Positions 19,366 through 30,034 are shown, counted from the first letter of the stretch. The stretch: DNA of 64,000 bases from an uncultured Rikenellaceae bacterium (GCA_964526345.1 CAZGKI010000002.1:102705-166704); one strand, 5' to 3'. The notes: generated by a model from the sequence alone, not told the origin. A program made the numbers and translations.

Positions 19366-22300
19366 TTAATCAAGTATTACACTCAAGCCCAGACCTCTAA
19401 GCTCATGCAGGAGCACATTAAGTGACTCAGGTATACCAGCCTGCGGCATTGGTTCTCCTTTAACTATTGCTTCGTAAGCCTTGGCGCGGCCAACGACATC
19501 ATCAGATTTAATTGTCAGTATCTCCTGCAGAATATGAGCGGCGCCGAAAGCTTCAAGAGCCCATACTTCCATTTCACCAAAACGCTGACCACCGAACTGC
19601 GCTTTACCTCCAAGTGGCTGCTGGGTAATCAGAGAGTAGGGACCTATTGAGCGTGCATGCATCTTATCGTCGACCATGTGGCCCAGTTTTAACATATAGA
19701 TTACTCCCACAGTTGCCGGCTGGTCAAATCTCTCTCCGGTGCCTCCGTCGTACAGATAGGTCTTGCCATATTTGGGCAATCCTGCCTGTTCAGTATAACC
19801 TGTTATCTGGTCAATTGTTGCTCCATCGAAAATCGGGGTTGAAAACTGGAGGCCTTGTTTCTGGCCTGCCCATCCAAGAACAGTTTCATAAATCTGTCCG
19901 AGGTTCATCCTTGAAGGTACACCAAGCGGATTCAAAACAATATCCACAGGGGTTCCGTCCTCAAGGAAAGGCATATCTTCAGCCCTTACGATTCTGGCAA
20001 CAATACCTTTGTTCCCATGACGGCCTGCCATCTTATCACCGACTTTAATCTTTCTCTTCTTGGCAATATATACTTTTGCAAGCCTTACAATCCCTGCAGG
20101 AAGCTCATCACCGATAGTAATATTATATTTCTTCCTCTTATATATTCCGTCAATCTCCTTATATTTTATTATAAAATTATGAAGGAGCTGCTTAATACTG
20201 TCGTTTTTCTTTTTATCAGTAGTCCATTTATTGGGATTGACATTCTGAAAGTCGACATCCTGAAGCTGTTTCAGGGTAAATTTGCTACCTTTTGGTATAA
20301 CATCAACATTAAGGTAATCTTTTACACCCTGCGATGTTTTACCATTAACAAGGATGAAAAGCTTATCTACCAGTCTGGCTTTAAGCTCATCCACGTTTCT
20401 GTTGAATTCATTCTCGATCTTGTCGAGCATTGGTTTTTCAACAGCTTTGGCTTTCCTGTCCTTGATAGCCCGTGTAAACAGTTTCTTATCAATAACGACG
20501 CCTTCAAGTGAAGGACCTGCTTTGAGTGAAGCATCTTTTACATCACCGGCTTTATCGCCAAAGATTGCCCTGAGCAGCTTCTCTTCAGGTGAAGGATCCG
20601 ATTCTCCTTTTGGAGTGATCTTGCCGATCAGGATATCGCCGGGTCTGATATGTGCACCAATCCTTATAAGACCATTCTCATCAAGGTGTTTGGTAGCTTC
20701 TTCGCTTACGTTCGGAATATCCGATGTAAGTTCCTCAAGGCCACGTTTTGTATCACGAACCTCAAGAAGGTACTCATCGATATGAACCGATGTGAACATA
20801 TCCTGCTGGACAACTTTTTCAGATATCACAATAGCATCCTCAAAGTTATATCCCTTCCATGGCATGAATGCCACTTTAAGATTACGTCCCAGGGCCAGTT
20901 CACCGTTCTTGGTACCATAACCTTCAGTAAGTACCTGTCCTTTAGCTACTTTCTCGCCTTTCTTAACAACCGGTATCAGGTTGATACAGGTATTCTGGTT
21001 TGTCTTTTTATATTTCGGAAGGATATATCGTTTTATGTCATCGTCAAAACTCACGAATTTCTCTTCGTCAGAACGTGTATATCTGACTACTATCTCATTT
21101 GAATCGACATATTCAACAACTCCATCTCCTTCAGCCACATATAATATACGACTGTCGTTAATCACCTGTGCTTCCAGTCCCGTACCTACTATTGGCGATT
21201 CAGGATTTATAAGAGGCACAGCCTGACGCATCATGTTCGATCCCATGAGTGCCCTGTTAGCATCGTCATGTTCGAGGAATGGTATCAGTGATGCAGCAAT
21301 TGAGGCTATCTGGTTTGGAGCGACGTCCATCAGATCGACCTTATTCACATCCTCAAAAGGATAGTCAGCTTCATACCGGCATTTAGCCCTGGTATTCTCA
21401 AAATGACCATCTTTTTTAAGTTCGGCATTAGCCTGGGCTATCATTTTCTCTTCCTCTTCTTCAGCGCTCAGCCATACTATTCCATCCTTTGAAAAATCGA
21501 CCTGAGCATTATTCACCTTAAGATATGGCGTTTCAATAAAACCGAGGTCATTAATCTTGGCATAAACGCAAAGCGAAGATATAAGCCCGATGTTTGGTCC
21601 TTCAGGAGTTTCAATAGGACAAAGACGGCCATAATGAGTATAGTGCACGTCCCTGACCTCAAAACCTGCTCTCTCTCGAGAAAGACCGCCCGGACCCAGC
21701 GCCGACATACGGCGTTTGTGTGTCATTTCGGCCAGCGGGTTTGTCTGATCCATGAACTGGGAAAGCTGGTTGGTCCCGAAGAAGGAATTAATTACAGAGG
21801 AAAGGGTTTTTGAGTTGATCAGGTCGACAGGTGTAAACACCTCATTATCCCTCACATTCATCCTTTCGCGTATTGTACGCGACATACGAGCGAGGCCCAC
21901 ACCAAACTGTGCATAAAGCTGTTCGCCGACAGTCCTGACACGCCTGTTGCTGAGGTGATCAATATCATCAATATCTGTTTTTGAGTTGATGAGTTCGATC
22001 AGGTAGCCGATAATTTTAATAATATCTTCCCTCGTAAGGATCTTAACACTCATTTCGGTATTAAGCCCCAGTTTCTTATTGATCCTGTAACGTCCTACTT
22101 CACCAAGGTCATAACGTTTGTCGGAAAAAAAGAGTTTATCGATCACGTCGCGGGCTGTTGCCTCATCGGGAGGTTCAGCATTGCGAAGCTGTCGATAGAT
22201 ATATATAACTGCCTCTTTTTCAGAGTTACAGGGATCTTTTTGAAGTGTATTATATATAATAGCGAAGTCGGACAGGCTGGTATCCTCTTTATGTAAAAGG

Positions 22301-23175
22301 ATTGCTTTGGCACCGGAGTCGACTATAAGGTCGACATGTTCGTTTTCAATAACTGTTTCCCTGTCGAGGATCACTTCATTTCTTTCAATGGAGACAACCT
22401 CACCTGTATCTTCATCGACAAAGTCTTCAATCCATGTTTTAAGAACCCTTGCAGCCAGTTTACGACCAATAAGCTTTTTAATATTTGTCTTGGATACTTT
22501 ATATTCTTCAGCAAGGTTAAAGATTTCCAGTATCTCCTTATCGCTTTCGAAGCCGATAGCGCGCAGGAGTGTTGTAACCGGGAGTTTTTTCTTCCTGTCG
22601 ATATATGCGTACATCACATTATTAATATCGGTAGCAAACTCTATCCAGGAGCCTTTGAAAGGAATTATTCTTGCTGAATACAATTTGGTTCCGTTTGCGT
22701 GTATACTCTGACCGAAGAAAACACCGGGAGATCTGTGCAGCTGAGATACAACGACTCTTTCGGCGCCGTTGATTACGAATGTGGCACGATCTGTCATGTA
22801 AGGAACGGTACCAAGATAGACATCCTGGATGACCGTATCAAAATCTTCATGTTCGGGATCGGTGCAATAAAGCTTCAGCTTAGCTTTTAGCGGAACACTG
22901 AATGTGAGTCCACGTTCTATACATTCTTCAATGGTATAACGCGGAGGATCAATATAATAATCCAGAAATTCCAGAACGAAATTATTCCTTGTGTCAGTTA
23001 TTGGAAAATTTTCAGTAAAAACCTTGTAAAGTCCTTCATTTTTCCTGTTTTCGGGAGTGGTTCCAAGCTGGAAGAACTCACCAAATGATTTTAACTGAAC
23101 CTCCAGAAAATCAGGATAATCGAGCTGATTTTTCCTGGATGCGAAACTTATTCTTTCGGTATTTTTTGAGGACAT
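19366..23175 (-). CDS. rpoB: DNA-directed RNA polymerase subunit beta
   Basis: 1269-aa ORF with the rif-region segment [34 protein letters not shown] and the [12 protein letters not shown] motif. Confidence 0.98.
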   Translation of the reverse strand: MSSKNTERISFASRKNQLDYPDFLEVQLKSFGEFFQLGTTPENRKNEGLYKVFTENFPITDTRNNFVLEFLDYYIDPPRYTIEECIERGLTFSVPLKAKLKLYCTDPEHEDFDTVIQDVYLGTVPYMTDRATFVINGAERVVVSQLHRSPGVFFGQSIHANGTKLYSARIIPFKGSWIEFATDINNVMYAYIDRKKKLPVTTLLRAIGFESDKEILEIFNLAEEYKVSKTNIKKLIGRKLAARVLKTWIEDFVDEDTGEVVSIERNEVILDRETVIENEHVDLIVDSGAKAILLHKEDTSLSDFAIIYNTLQKDPCNSEKEAVIYIYRQLRNAEPPDEATARDVIDKLFFSDKRYDLGEVGRYRINKKLGLNTEMSVKILTREDIIKIIGYLIELINSKTDIDDIDHLSNRRVRTVGEQLYAQFGVGLARMSRTIRERMNVRDNEVFTPVDLINSKTLSSVINSFFGTNQLSQFMDQTNPLAEMTHKRRMSALGPGGLSRERAGFEVRDVHYTHYGRLCPIETPEGPNIGLISSLCVYAKINDLGFIETPYLKVNNAQVDFSKDGIVWLSAEEEEEKMIAQANAELKKDGHFENTRAKCRYEADYPFEDVNKVDLMDVAPNQIASIAASLIPFLEHDDANRALMGSNMMRQAVPLINPESPIVGTGLEAQVINDSRILYVAEGDGVVEYVDSNEIVVRYTRSDEEKFVSFDDDIKRYILPKYKKTNQNTCINLIPVVKKGEKVAKGQVLTEGYGTKNGELALGRNLKVAFMPWKGYNFEDAIVISEKVVQQDMFTSVHIDEYLLEVRDTKRGLEELTSDIPNVSEEATKHLDENGLIRIGAHIRPGDILIGKITPKGESDPSPEEKLLRAIFGDKAGDVKDASLKAGPSLEGVVIDKKLFTRAIKDRKAKAVEKPMLDKIENEFNRNVDELKARLVDKLFILVNGKTSQGVKDYLNVDVIPKGSKFTLKQLQDVDFQNVNPNKWTTDKKKNDSIKQLLHNFIIKYKEIDGIYKRKKYNITIGDELPAGIVRLAKVYIAKKRKIKVGDKMAGRHGNKGIVARIVRAEDMPFLEDGTPVDIVLNPLGVPSRMNLGQIYETVLGWAGQKQGLQFSTPIFDGATIDQITGYTEQAGLPKYGKTYLYDGGTGERFDQPATVGVIYMLKLGHMVDDKMHARSIGPYSLITQQPLGGKAQFGGQRFGEMEVWALEAFGAAHILQEILTIKSDDVVGRAKAYEAIVKGEPMPQAGIPESLNVLLHELRGLGLSVILD

Positions 23176-23211
23176 TTATTAAAAGATTAAGTGAACTTAT
23201 AATTTAAAGAA

Positions 23212-23247
23212 CAAAAAGGCTTAGTCCCGAATACCCGGGACTAAACC
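23212..23247 (-). terminator. Hairpin in the rplL-rpoB spacer (probable attenuator)
   Basis: On the minus strand, the stem ttagtcccg/cgggactaa is followed by gcctttttg. Its position matches the known partial terminator between rplL and rpoB in E. coli. Confidence 0.5.
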
Positions 23248-23271
23248 TATAACCCAGCAATTAGGTATAAC

Positions 23272-23649
23272 TTATTTAAGTTCAACTTCAGCTCCTGCTT
23301 CAACTAATTGATTTTTAATAGCTTCAGCTTCTTCTTTAGAAACACCTTCTTTAACAGGACCAGGAGCAGCGTCAACTACTGCTTTAGCTTCTTTAAGTCC
23401 AAGACCAGTGATGTCTTTAACAAGTTTAACAATCTGTAATTTCTGACCGCCTGCATTTTTAAGAATAACATCGAATGTCGATTTCTCTTCAGCTGCAGGG
23501 GCTGCGGCACCGGCAACCGGACCAGCTACTGCAACAGCAGCTGCAGCAGGTTCGATACCATACTCATCTTTAAGTATTTTTGCCAGTTCGTTTACTTCTT
23601 TTACGGAGAGGCTAACCAGTTCTTCTGCAAATTTCTTCAGATCTGCCAT
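23272..23649 (-). CDS. rplL: 50S ribosomal protein L7/L12
   Basis: 125-aa ORF with an Ala-rich hinge ([22 protein letters not shown]) and the GLGLKEAK motif. Confidence 0.97.
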   Translation of the reverse strand: MADLKKFAEELVSLSVKEVNELAKILKDEYGIEPAAAAVAVAGPVAGAAAPAAEEKSTFDVILKNAGGQKLQIVKLVKDITGLGLKEAKAVVDAAPGPVKEGVSKEEAEAIKNQLVEAGAEVELK

Positions 23650-23684
23650 TTTTATTTAAATTTAATTTGATTATACTTTAATTA

Positions 23685-24203
23685 TTACTCTTTTTTTGAT
23701 AGTGTTTCAAGAACACCATGAATTTTATTTCCACCTGATTGCAGGGCAGACACAACGTTTTTGGCAGGTGACTGAAGCAGGAGAATGATATCTCCGATCA
23801 GTTCTTCTCTTGTCTTGACAGAGACGAGAGCATCGAGCATTTCGTCTCCAAGATAGATTGATTCCTGAACGTATGCGCCCTTAAGAACAGGCTTATCATG
23901 TTTCATCCGGAATTCCCTGATAAGTTTGGCAGGGCTGTTTCCAGCATTGGTAAACATGATAGACGTAGTACCTTTGAGAACCGGATAGAGTTCTTCAAAG
24001 TTTATACCGGATTTTTCAAGTGCTCTTTTCAGCAGAGTATTTTTTACAACAACAAGTTTAATATTGTTTTCGAAACACTTTCTTCTAAGGTCACTTGTAT
24101 CTGCGGCATTAAGCTGAGCAGTGTCAGTCAGGTAAAAGTGGTTATATTCCTTTAATCTCTCAGCGAGGCTGTTTACGATAGTTGATTTTTCTTCCCGTCT
24201 CAT
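23685..24203 (-). CDS. rplJ: 50S ribosomal protein L10
   Basis: 172-aa ORF between rplA and rplL. The sequence is L10-like (LRRKCFENNIKLVVVKNTLL). Confidence 0.95.
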   Translation of the reverse strand: MRREEKSTIVNSLAERLKEYNHFYLTDTAQLNAADTSDLRRKCFENNIKLVVVKNTLLKRALEKSGINFEELYPVLKGTTSIMFTNAGNSPAKLIREFRMKHDKPVLKGAYVQESIYLGDEMLDALVSVKTREELIGDIILLLQSPAKNVVSALQSGGNKIHGVLETLSKKE

Positions 24204-24226
24204 AATTTCTTTCCGATTTTACATAA

Positions 24227-24922
24227 CTATTCATCAAGACCTTTAGGATCGATCTTAATTCCCGGACTCATTGTGCTGGAAAGGAAAAGGCTACGGATGT
24301 AGGTTCCTTTTGCAGCTGCCGGCTTCAGTTTGTTTACCATAGAGACGAACTCCCTGGCATTTTCAGCGATCTTATGTGGCTCGAAAGAGACTTTTCCGAT
24401 AGAGGCATGAATGATTCCGCTTTTATCTACTTTGAAATCAATCTTACCCTGTTTCACTTCCTTTACAGCCTTACCAATCTCCATTGTAACGGTTCCACTT
24501 TTTGGGTTGGGCATCAGTCCGCGGGGACCGAGTATCCGACCAAGCTGACCCACTTTCCCCATAACAGAAGGCATGGTTATTATCACATCCATATCTGTCC
24601 AACCACCTTTGATCTTTTCAACGTATTCGTCGAGACCGATAAAATCGGCTCCGGCCTCTTTTGCTTCAGCTTCCTTGTCGGGGGTACAGAGCACGAGTAC
24701 ACGTGTCTCTTTTCCTGTTCCGTGAGGCAGTGAAACAACACCGCGAACCATCTGGTTGGATTTCCTTGGATCAATACCTAACCTTACATCCAGGTCAACA
24801 GAAGCATCAAACTTGGTACTGGTCATTTCCTTTACCAGGGCAGATGCCTCTTTCAACGTATATAGCCTTTCCTTTTCTATTAATTCAAAGGCGGCTTTAC
24901 GGTTTTTGGTAAGTTTAGTCAT
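24227..24922 (-). CDS. rplA: 50S ribosomal protein L1
   Basis: 231-aa ORF with [24 protein letters not shown] and [11 protein letters not shown] motifs. Confidence 0.97.
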   Translation of the reverse strand: MTKLTKNRKAAFELIEKERLYTLKEASALVKEMTSTKFDASVDLDVRLGIDPRKSNQMVRGVVSLPHGTGKETRVLVLCTPDKEAEAKEAGADFIGLDEYVEKIKGGWTDMDVIITMPSVMGKVGQLGRILGPRGLMPNPKSGTVTMEIGKAVKEVKQGKIDFKVDKSGIIHASIGKVSFEPHKIAENAREFVSMVNKLKPAAAKGTYIRSLFLSSTMSPGIKIDPKGLDE

Positions 24923-24933
24923 TTTTCTCCTAG

Positions 24934-25377
24934 TTAATTTTTGTTCGGGAATTCACCTTTGACAGTGATCCCCATACTTCTTGCGGTACCAGCTACCATC
25001 TTCATAGCAGACTCTAACGTAAAACAGTTTAAGTCTTCCATTTTATCTGCAGCAATTGTCTTGACCTGGTCCCACGAAACCTGAGCTACCTTATCTCTGT
25101 TAGGTTCTTTGGAACCCTTCTTGGATTTAGCGACTTCAAGAAGCTGAACAGCCACCGGAGGTGTTTTGGTAACAAAATCAAATGATTTGTCAGCATATAC
25201 TGTAATAACAACCGGTATGACTTTTCCAGCTTTGTCCTGGGTCCTCGCATTAAATTGCTTGCAAAAATCCATGATATTCACACCTTTGGAACCCAATGCA
25301 GGTCCTACAGGTGGAGATGGATTAGCGCCTCCGCCACGAATCTGTAACTTGATTAGTCCAGCAATTTCTTTTGCCAT
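24934..25377 (-). CDS. rplK: 50S ribosomal protein L11
   Basis: 147-aa ORF with the PPVGPALG motif and [34 protein letters not shown]. Confidence 0.97.
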   Translation of the reverse strand: MAKEIAGLIKLQIRGGGANPSPPVGPALGSKGVNIMDFCKQFNARTQDKAGKVIPVVITVYADKSFDFVTKTPPVAVQLLEVAKSKKGSKEPNRDKVAQVSWDQVKTIAADKMEDLNCFTLESAMKMVAGTARSMGITVKGEFPNKN

Positions 25378-25460
25378 AATTTAAGTTTGCTTGTTTATTG
25401 CGAGAGTTTGACAGCTATTCAGGAAGCATTATAAATATTATAACCGTCAACATCTTTCTA

Positions 25461-26009
25461 TTAATTTTCTTTTTCCACCTGCATAAAACTGAGTTCAAGA
25501 GGTGTTTTTCTGCCAAATATTTTCACCATAACCTTCAGCTTTTTCTTTTCATCATTCACTTCTTCAATAATTCCCGTAAAACTATTGAATGGCCCGTCTA
25601 TCACTTTCACCGATTCACCAACAAAGAATGGCACATTAAGTTCTTCATCGCTTGCATTAAGCTCGTCTACTTTTCCTAATATCCTGTTGATCTCAGATTT
25701 TCTGAGAGGAACAGGTTCCCCATCCTGTGAGCCGAGAAAACCTATTACGTTAGGAATATTTCTCAATAAATGGGGTATTTCACCCATCAGTACCGCCTCA
25801 ACAAGTACATAACCAGGAAAGAAAGTTCGCTCTTTGCTTATTTTTTTCCCTGACCTTATCTGGTAAACCTTTTCGGTAGGTATAAGAACCTGTGAGATAT
25901 ACTCTCCCAGTTTAAGGCGTATAACTTCGCTATCGATATACTCCTTAACTTTCTTTTCTTTCCCGCCGATAGCCCGAAGCACATACCACTTCTTGATGTT
26001 CTCACTCAT
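25461..26009 (-). CDS. nusG: Transcription termination/antitermination factor NusG
   Basis: 182-aa ORF with the NGN domain start [15 protein letters not shown] and a C-terminal KOW motif ([21 protein letters not shown]). Confidence 0.95.
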   Translation of the reverse strand: MSENIKKWYVLRAIGGKEKKVKEYIDSEVIRLKLGEYISQVLIPTEKVYQIRSGKKISKERTFFPGYVLVEAVLMGEIPHLLRNIPNVIGFLGSQDGEPVPLRKSEINRILGKVDELNASDEELNVPFFVGESVKVIDGPFNSFTGIIEEVNDEKKKLKVMVKIFGRKTPLELSFMQVEKEN

Positions 26010-26027
26010 CAGATGAGGTCTCCTGAT

Positions 26028-26219
26028 TTAGTATAATAATCCGTAAATGAATTCCATAACCCTGCTGAATGTAAAATCCATTGCAGCGACCAGGATTGCT
26101 ATAATTAATGTAGCAACCATAACTAACACAGCGCTGTTCTGCAACTCAGTCCATGTTGGCCAAGTCACCTTATGAACCAGTTCTGTGTATGATTCCTGAA
26201 AATATCCTTTTAAACTCAT
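26028..26219 (-). CDS. secE: Preprotein translocase subunit SecE
   Basis: 63 aa from MSLKGYFQESYTELVHKVTWPTW plus a single TM helix. The longer 102-aa ORF in the track runs through the tRNA-Trp gene, so it is trimmed. Confidence 0.85.
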   Translation of the reverse strand: MSLKGYFQESYTELVHKVTWPTWTELQNSAVLVMVATLIIAILVAAMDFTFSRVMEFIYGLLY

Positions 26220-26236
26220 TTCACTTAAAATTTTTG

Positions 26237-26309
26237 CACGGGAGGAGAGACTCGAACTCCCGACACCTGGTTTTGGAGACCAGTGCTCTACCAACTGAGC
26301 TACACCCGT
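26237..26309 (-). tRNA. tRNA-Trp (anticodon CCA)
   Basis: 73-nt cloverleaf folded by hand: ACGGGTG-TA-GCTC..GAGC-A-CTGGT-CTCCAAA-ACCAG-..-GGGAG-TTCGAGT-CTCTC-CTCCCGT-G. There is one T-T mismatch in the acceptor stem and no encoded CCA. Confidence 0.9.
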
Positions 26310-26322
26310 ATTCCACTGGTTA

Positions 26323-26344
26323 GCATCCTGATGCATCAGGATGC
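26323..26344. other. Perfect 22-nt palindrome between tuf and tRNA-Trp
   Basis: gcatcctgatgcatcaggatgc equals its own reverse complement. It can form a 9-bp stem with a tgca loop. No U-tract follows on either strand. Confidence 0.5.
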
Positions 26345-26363
26345 AACTGTATATCCAAAACTG

Positions 26364-27551
26364 TTATTCAAGAATTTGTGTTACAGCACCGGCACCGACA
26401 GTTCTTCCGCCTTCACGAATAGCGAAACGAAGACCAACGTTAATGGCAACCGGGTAGATAAGATCGACAGTTATTGTGACATTATCGCCAGGCATAACCA
26501 TTTCTGTTCCTTCAGGAAGAGTTATCTCACCTGTAATATCAAGAGTCCTTACATAGAACTGAGGACGATATTTATTATGAAATGGAGTGTGACGTCCGCC
26601 TTCTTCTTTTTTAAGAACATAAATCTCGGCTTTCAGTTTTGTATGAGGTGTTATAGATCCTGGTTTTGCAAGCACCATTCCTCTTTTAATCTCTTTCTTA
26701 TCAACACCGCGGAGGAGGAGACCAACGTTATCACCGGCTTCACCTCTGTCGAGTATCTTACGGAACATTTCAACACCGGTACAAACTGTCTTGCGTTTAT
26801 CAGCGCCAAGTCCGATCATTTCGAGTTCATCACCTGTATTCACAACTCCTGTTTCTATACGGCCTGTTGCAACTGTACCACGTCCTGTAATTGAGAAAAC
26901 GTCCTCAACGGGCATCAGGAACGGCTTCTGGTTGTCGCGCGGAGGAATTGGAATATATGTATCAACAGCATCCATCAGTTCCATCACCTTATCTTCCCAT
27001 TTTGCTTCACCGTGCATTGCTCCGAGAGCAGAACCACGGATAACTGGAGCATTGTCGCCGTCAAATTCATAAAAGTTAAGTAGATCACGAACTTCCATTT
27101 CAACAAGTTCCAGAAGTTCTTCATCATCGACCATATCTACCTTATTCATAAAAACGAGCACCTTAGGAACGTTAACCTGGTGTGCAAGAAGGATATGTTC
27201 ACGTGTCTGAGGCATTGGTCCATCATCGGCAGCTACTACCAGGATGGCGCCGTCCATCTGAGCAGCACCTGTAACCATATTCTTGATATAGTCGGCGTGT
27301 CCGGGGCAGTCAACATGTGCATAGTGACGTGTAGCTGTCTGATATTCAACGTGTGCAGTATTAATGGTAATACCCCTTTCCTTTTCTTCGGGAGCATTAT
27401 CAATTGAGTCAAAATCCCTGATTTCGGAGAGACCTTTTTTGGCAAGCACCATAGTGATCGCTGCTGTCAGGGTGGTCTTACCATGGTCAACGTGACCGAT
27501 AGTACCAATATTTACATGCGGTTTCGACCTGTCAAATTTTTCTTTTGCCAT
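26364..27551 (-). CDS. tuf: Elongation factor Tu
   Basis: 395-aa ORF with [18 protein letters not shown] and NKVD GTPase motifs. Full-length EF-Tu. Confidence 0.98.
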   Translation of the reverse strand: MAKEKFDRSKPHVNIGTIGHVDHGKTTLTAAITMVLAKKGLSEIRDFDSIDNAPEEKERGITINTAHVEYQTATRHYAHVDCPGHADYIKNMVTGAAQMDGAILVVAADDGPMPQTREHILLAHQVNVPKVLVFMNKVDMVDDEELLELVEMEVRDLLNFYEFDGDNAPVIRGSALGAMHGEAKWEDKVMELMDAVDTYIPIPPRDNQKPFLMPVEDVFSITGRGTVATGRIETGVVNTGDELEMIGLGADKRKTVCTGVEMFRKILDRGEAGDNVGLLLRGVDKKEIKRGMVLAKPGSITPHTKLKAEIYVLKKEEGGRHTPFHNKYRPQFYVRTLDITGEITLPEGTEMVMPGDNVTITVDLIYPVAINVGLRFAIREGGRTVGAGAVTQILE

Positions 27552-27611
27552 AACTCCAAGCTATTAAAATTTAGTTTATCTATATTCAATTAAAAATCAT
27601 TTTTACCGTTG

Positions 27612-27683
27612 AGCCGGAGAGGGGAATTGAACCCCTGACCCCTTCCTTACCAAGGAAGTGCTCTACCCCTGAGCTACTCTGGC
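27612..27683 (-). tRNA. tRNA-Thr (anticodon GGT)
   Basis: 72-nt cloverleaf folded by hand. The anticodon arm is CTTCC-TTGGTAA-GGAAG and the T arm is AGGGG-TTCAATT-CCCCT. There is one A-C mismatch in the acceptor stem. Confidence 0.9.
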
Positions 27684-27694
27684 ATCAAAAAGTG

Positions 27695-27767
27695 AGCGGG
27701 AGACGGAACTCGAATCCGCGACCCTTAGCTTGGAAGGCTAATGCTCTACCAACTGAGCTACTCCCGC
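27695..27767 (-). tRNA. tRNA-Gly (anticodon TCC)
   Basis: 73-nt cloverleaf folded by hand. The acceptor stem is GCGGGAG/CTCCCGC and the anticodon arm is TTAGC-CTTCCAA-GCTAA. Confidence 0.9.
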
Positions 27768-27839
27768 CTAATATTGCCTGCAGAGGTCCGCATTTTCCTT
27801 AAGTTTAACCCGGAATCAACGGTCTCTTTCTGTTCTAAG

Positions 27840-27922
27840 TGGGGAGAGCAGGATTCGAACCTACGAAGGCATCCGCCAGCAGATTTACAGTCTGCCCCAG
27901 TTGGCCGCTTTGGTATCTCCCC
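27840..27922 (-). tRNA. tRNA-Tyr (anticodon GTA)
   Basis: 83-nt class II tRNA with a long variable arm. The acceptor stem is GGGGAGA/TCTCCCC and the anticodon arm is GCAGA-CTGTAAA-TCTGC. Confidence 0.9.
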
Positions 27923-27972
27923 TCTTGAAACAGAGTTAATCTCCTAAGACACACATTATCAACTCCTTCAAG

Positions 27973-28046
27973 AGCCGATGAAGGGATTCGAACCCCCGAC
28001 CTGCAGATTACAAATCAGCTGCTCTGGCCAACTGAGCTACATCGGC
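27973..28046 (-). tRNA. tRNA-Thr (anticodon TGT)
   Basis: 74-nt cloverleaf folded by hand. The acceptor stem is GCCGATG/CATCGGC and the anticodon loop is TTTGTAA. The order Thr-Tyr-Gly-Thr-tuf mirrors the E. coli thrU-tyrU-glyT-thrT-tufB operon. Confidence 0.9.
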
Positions 28047-28097
28047 AATTTAAAGAACTCCCCGTAAGGGCATAAATTACCCTTAAAAATCGGTGTG

Positions 28098-28130
28098 CAA
28101 ATGTATGAATTTATCTTTTATATATCAAAA
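28098..28130 (-). promoter_or_regulatory. Bacteroidota-type promoter for the tRNA-tuf transcription unit
   Basis: The minus strand reads TTTTG-N20-TACATTTG. This matches the TTTG / TAnnTTTG (-33/-7) consensus. It sits about 50 nt upstream of tRNA-Thr(TGT). Confidence 0.55.
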
Positions 28131-28160
28131 AAATACAAATTATTTTTATAAACAGTAATT

Positions 28161-28460
28161 TCAGAGCCCTCTCTTCTTCTGCTTATGCTTGGTAATCTGC
28201 TTCTTAAGTGCATCTACAGCATCATCTGTAGCCTCCTCAAAAGTCTTGCTTTGTTTCTTTGCAAATAAAGGTCCACCCGATAGATCCAGTTTGATTTCGC
28301 TAATTTTGTTCTCTCGATCCTGATCTTTGTCAAGCCTGAGGTAAACTTCAGCATTAACAATATCTTCACCATACTGAGTAAGTTTTCCCAGCTTCTGATG
28401 AACAAAGTCGATTAGCTTTTTGTCGGCATCGAACCGCACTGAATGAATCTGAACGTTCAT
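28161..28460 (-). CDS. hpf: Ribosome hibernation promoting factor (RaiA/HPF family)
   Basis: 99-aa ORF: MNVQIHSVRFDADKKLIDFVHQKLGKL ... AVDALKKQITKHK. The size and sequence are typical of short HPF. Confidence 0.9.
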   Translation of the reverse strand: MNVQIHSVRFDADKKLIDFVHQKLGKLTQYGEDIVNAEVYLRLDKDQDRENKISEIKLDLSGGPLFAKKQSKTFEEATDDAVDALKKQITKHKQKKRGL

Positions 28461-28467
28461 AGTAGTA

Positions 28468-28473
28468 CCTCCT
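28468..28473 (-). promoter_or_regulatory. Shine-Dalgarno sequence AGGAGG for hpf
   Basis: The minus strand reads AATCAGGAGGTACTACT-ATG, with a 7-nt spacer. The other starts I checked in this window lack such a site. Confidence 0.5.
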
Positions 28474-28490
28474 GATTATTTAATTAATAG

Positions 28491-29378
28491 TTAAGCTCTG
28501 GGATGAGCCTGTTTATATATTTTTTTTAGCTTCTCAAATGTATTATGTGTATATATCTGTGTGGCAGAAAGATTAGCATGCCCCAGAAACTCTTTTATGG
28601 CGTTAAGGTCGGCCCCGTGGTTCAACATATGAGTTGCAAATGTGTGCCTCAGAATATGCGGACTTCGCTTTTCAATTGTTGTAACCATCGACAGATACCT
28701 TTTCACTACATTATAAACATATTTATCATATAACTTGTTCCCTTTTTCCGTAACAAAAAACCATTCTTTGTTTTGCGACTCCGGTTCCTCATTCCTTAAC
28801 TTTATGTATTCTTCAAGTCTTACTATAAATGGTCGGGTAAGGGGTATAATCCGTTGTTTGTTCCTTTTCCCGGTTACCTTTACTGTTGCCTCCCTGAGAT
28901 CAACATTATTGTTCCGAAGGCCAATAAGCTCCGACCTTCTCATCCCTGTAAGATAAAGCATCTCAATTATGGTGCGGTTTCTGATTCCAGAAAAATCATC
29001 TCCGAAATTGTTTTTGTCGAGAAGGGTATCTAGTTCTTCCTCCCCGACAAAAACCGGTAATGTCTTCTTACGCCTGGGTAAAACAACCTTTTCGAGAGGA
29101 TCATTTTTAATTACTCCCTCTTTTCTTAAATATTTGAAAAAGACTCTCAGGCACGATATCTTTCTATGAACACTTACGGATGTTATGCCGTTATCCATCA
29201 TGCTCACAATCCATGCCCTTATCTGGTGAGATGATATCTCTCCTGGATCTGCAGGCATATCGTTTGATGAGATAAAGGTGAAAAACTGATCCAGATCGTT
29301 CTGATATGACCGGATCGTATGCGTTGAATATCGCTTTTCGATTTGCAGATATTGTAAGAACGATTCCTTATATTCCAT
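28491..29378 (-). CDS. xerC: Tyrosine site-specific recombinase, XerC/XerD-like
   Basis: 295-aa ORF with an N-terminal SAM-like core-binding domain (FLQYLQIEKRYSTHTIRSYQNDL). The catalytic region has RRSEL, HILRHTFATHML and LGHANLSATQIYTH. Confidence 0.8.
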   Translation of the reverse strand: MEYKESFLQYLQIEKRYSTHTIRSYQNDLDQFFTFISSNDMPADPGEISSHQIRAWIVSMMDNGITSVSVHRKISCLRVFFKYLRKEGVIKNDPLEKVVLPRRKKTLPVFVGEEELDTLLDKNNFGDDFSGIRNRTIIEMLYLTGMRRSELIGLRNNNVDLREATVKVTGKRNKQRIIPLTRPFIVRLEEYIKLRNEEPESQNKEWFFVTEKGNKLYDKYVYNVVKRYLSMVTTIEKRSPHILRHTFATHMLNHGADLNAIKEFLGHANLSATQIYTHNTFEKLKKIYKQAHPRA

Positions 29379-29426
29379 GAAGGAACCCCTTATCTGTTAT
29401 GTTAAAATTACAATACAGGAAACGAA

Positions 29427-29618
29427 TTATTCTTCACTTTCCTGCATCTTCTGAACGTACATAGCCTTCTTGATTTCTTCCCTCCGGCGAACTGAAGGCT
29501 TAACAAAAGCCTGACGCGAACGCAATTCACGAATCACTCCCGTCTTCTCAAATTTCCTTTTGAACTTCTTAAGAGCCCTTTCAATATTTTCGCCTTCTTT
29601 TAATGGTACAATGATCAT
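29427..29618 (-). CDS. rpsU: 30S ribosomal protein S21
   Basis: 63-aa ORF: IERALKKFKRKFEKTGVIRELRSRQAFVKPSVRRR. Confidence 0.95.
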   Translation of the reverse strand: MIIVPLKEGENIERALKKFKRKFEKTGVIRELRSRQAFVKPSVRRREEIKKAMYVQKMQESEE

Positions 29619-29645
29619 ATGTGTAATTCTGTTTTAAACGAGGCG

Positions 29646-29677
29646 CAAAGATAGAAATAGTAATAGTTTTTCCAAAA
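29646..29677 (-). promoter_or_regulatory. Bacteroidota-type promoter for rpsU
   Basis: The minus strand reads TTTTGG-N19 spacing-TATCTTTG. The -7 box ends 27 nt upstream of the rpsU ATG. Confidence 0.55.
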
Positions 29678-29990
29678 CTTTAAGGAGATAATTTATCCAT
29701 ACTTTACTTTTTTATTTGTTCTTCAACTATTTAGCCTTGATTTTACAACTTTTAGATTATATAAATATATAAATTTCTATCTAAAATTCCAAATTAAAAT
29801 GAGATTATCTGTCGCGATAAAGAGATCTCACGGTACCGATCAGGACTGCAGCATGACAATGAGTCCTTTAAGATTATCCGGATATGATTGATTCGTTACC
29901 GGCAGTAAAGCCATAATTACCATTCGTCAAATTGATTCTATACTTATTTAATATCATTAGTAATTTAGTAGAAGTATTAGTGATACTCTG

Positions 29991-30034
29991 TCTCCCGGTG
30001 AAAATCAAGGACAGCAAGTAACCGGGAGATTTTT
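29991..30034 (+). terminator. Plus-strand Rho-independent terminator with no annotated upstream gene
   Basis: A perfect 9-bp stem tctcccggt/accgggaga with a 21-nt loop is followed by ttttt. It lies inside a 584-bp stretch with no ORF of 60 aa or more in any frame. Confidence 0.6.

Noticed and set aside
15743-22890. Many 60-164-aa ORFs antisense to rpoC and rpoB.
   Set aside because: They lie wholly inside highly conserved genes on the opposite strand and have low-complexity, Ser/Leu/Phe/Ile-rich translations with no recognisable motifs. The same applies to the antisense ORFs inside 2312-6565, 34282-34959, 43523-43942 and 44429-45426.
26028-26336. A 102-aa ORF listed in the track.
   Set aside because: Its N-terminal 39 residues are the translation of the tRNA-Trp gene (GVAQLVEHW...). 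The real secE begins at the internal Met at 26219.
26283-27947. ORFs beginning MLYQLSY (26283-26894 and 27741-27947).
   Set aside because: MLYQLSY is the typical translation of a tRNA D/acceptor region read on the opposite strand. The first ORF runs antisense through tuf. The second spans the tRNA-Gly to tRNA-Tyr genes.
28491-29378. A tyrosine recombinase next to a four-tRNA cluster, which could mark an integrated mobile element.
   Set aside because: Both flanks are core genes (rpsU, hpf, tuf) with no cargo genes between them. I see no duplicated tRNA 3' end that could serve as an att site. The protein has the XerC/XerD layout. The rpsU, recombinase, hpf arrangement is, to my recollection, conserved in Bacteroidota.
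29619-29645. An autoregulatory Shine-Dalgarno site on rpsU, as reported for some Bacteroidota.
   Set aside because: The 27 nt between the -7 box and the rpsU ATG (gcgcctcgtttaaaacagaattacaca) contain no GGAGG-like element.
29799-29891. A 30-aa ORF (MRLSVAIKRSHGTDQDCSMTMSPLRLSGYD) inside the ORF-free locus.
   Set aside because: It has no recognisable ribosome-binding context or motif, and it overlaps predicted RNA helices. An ORF this short is expected by chance in 584 bp.
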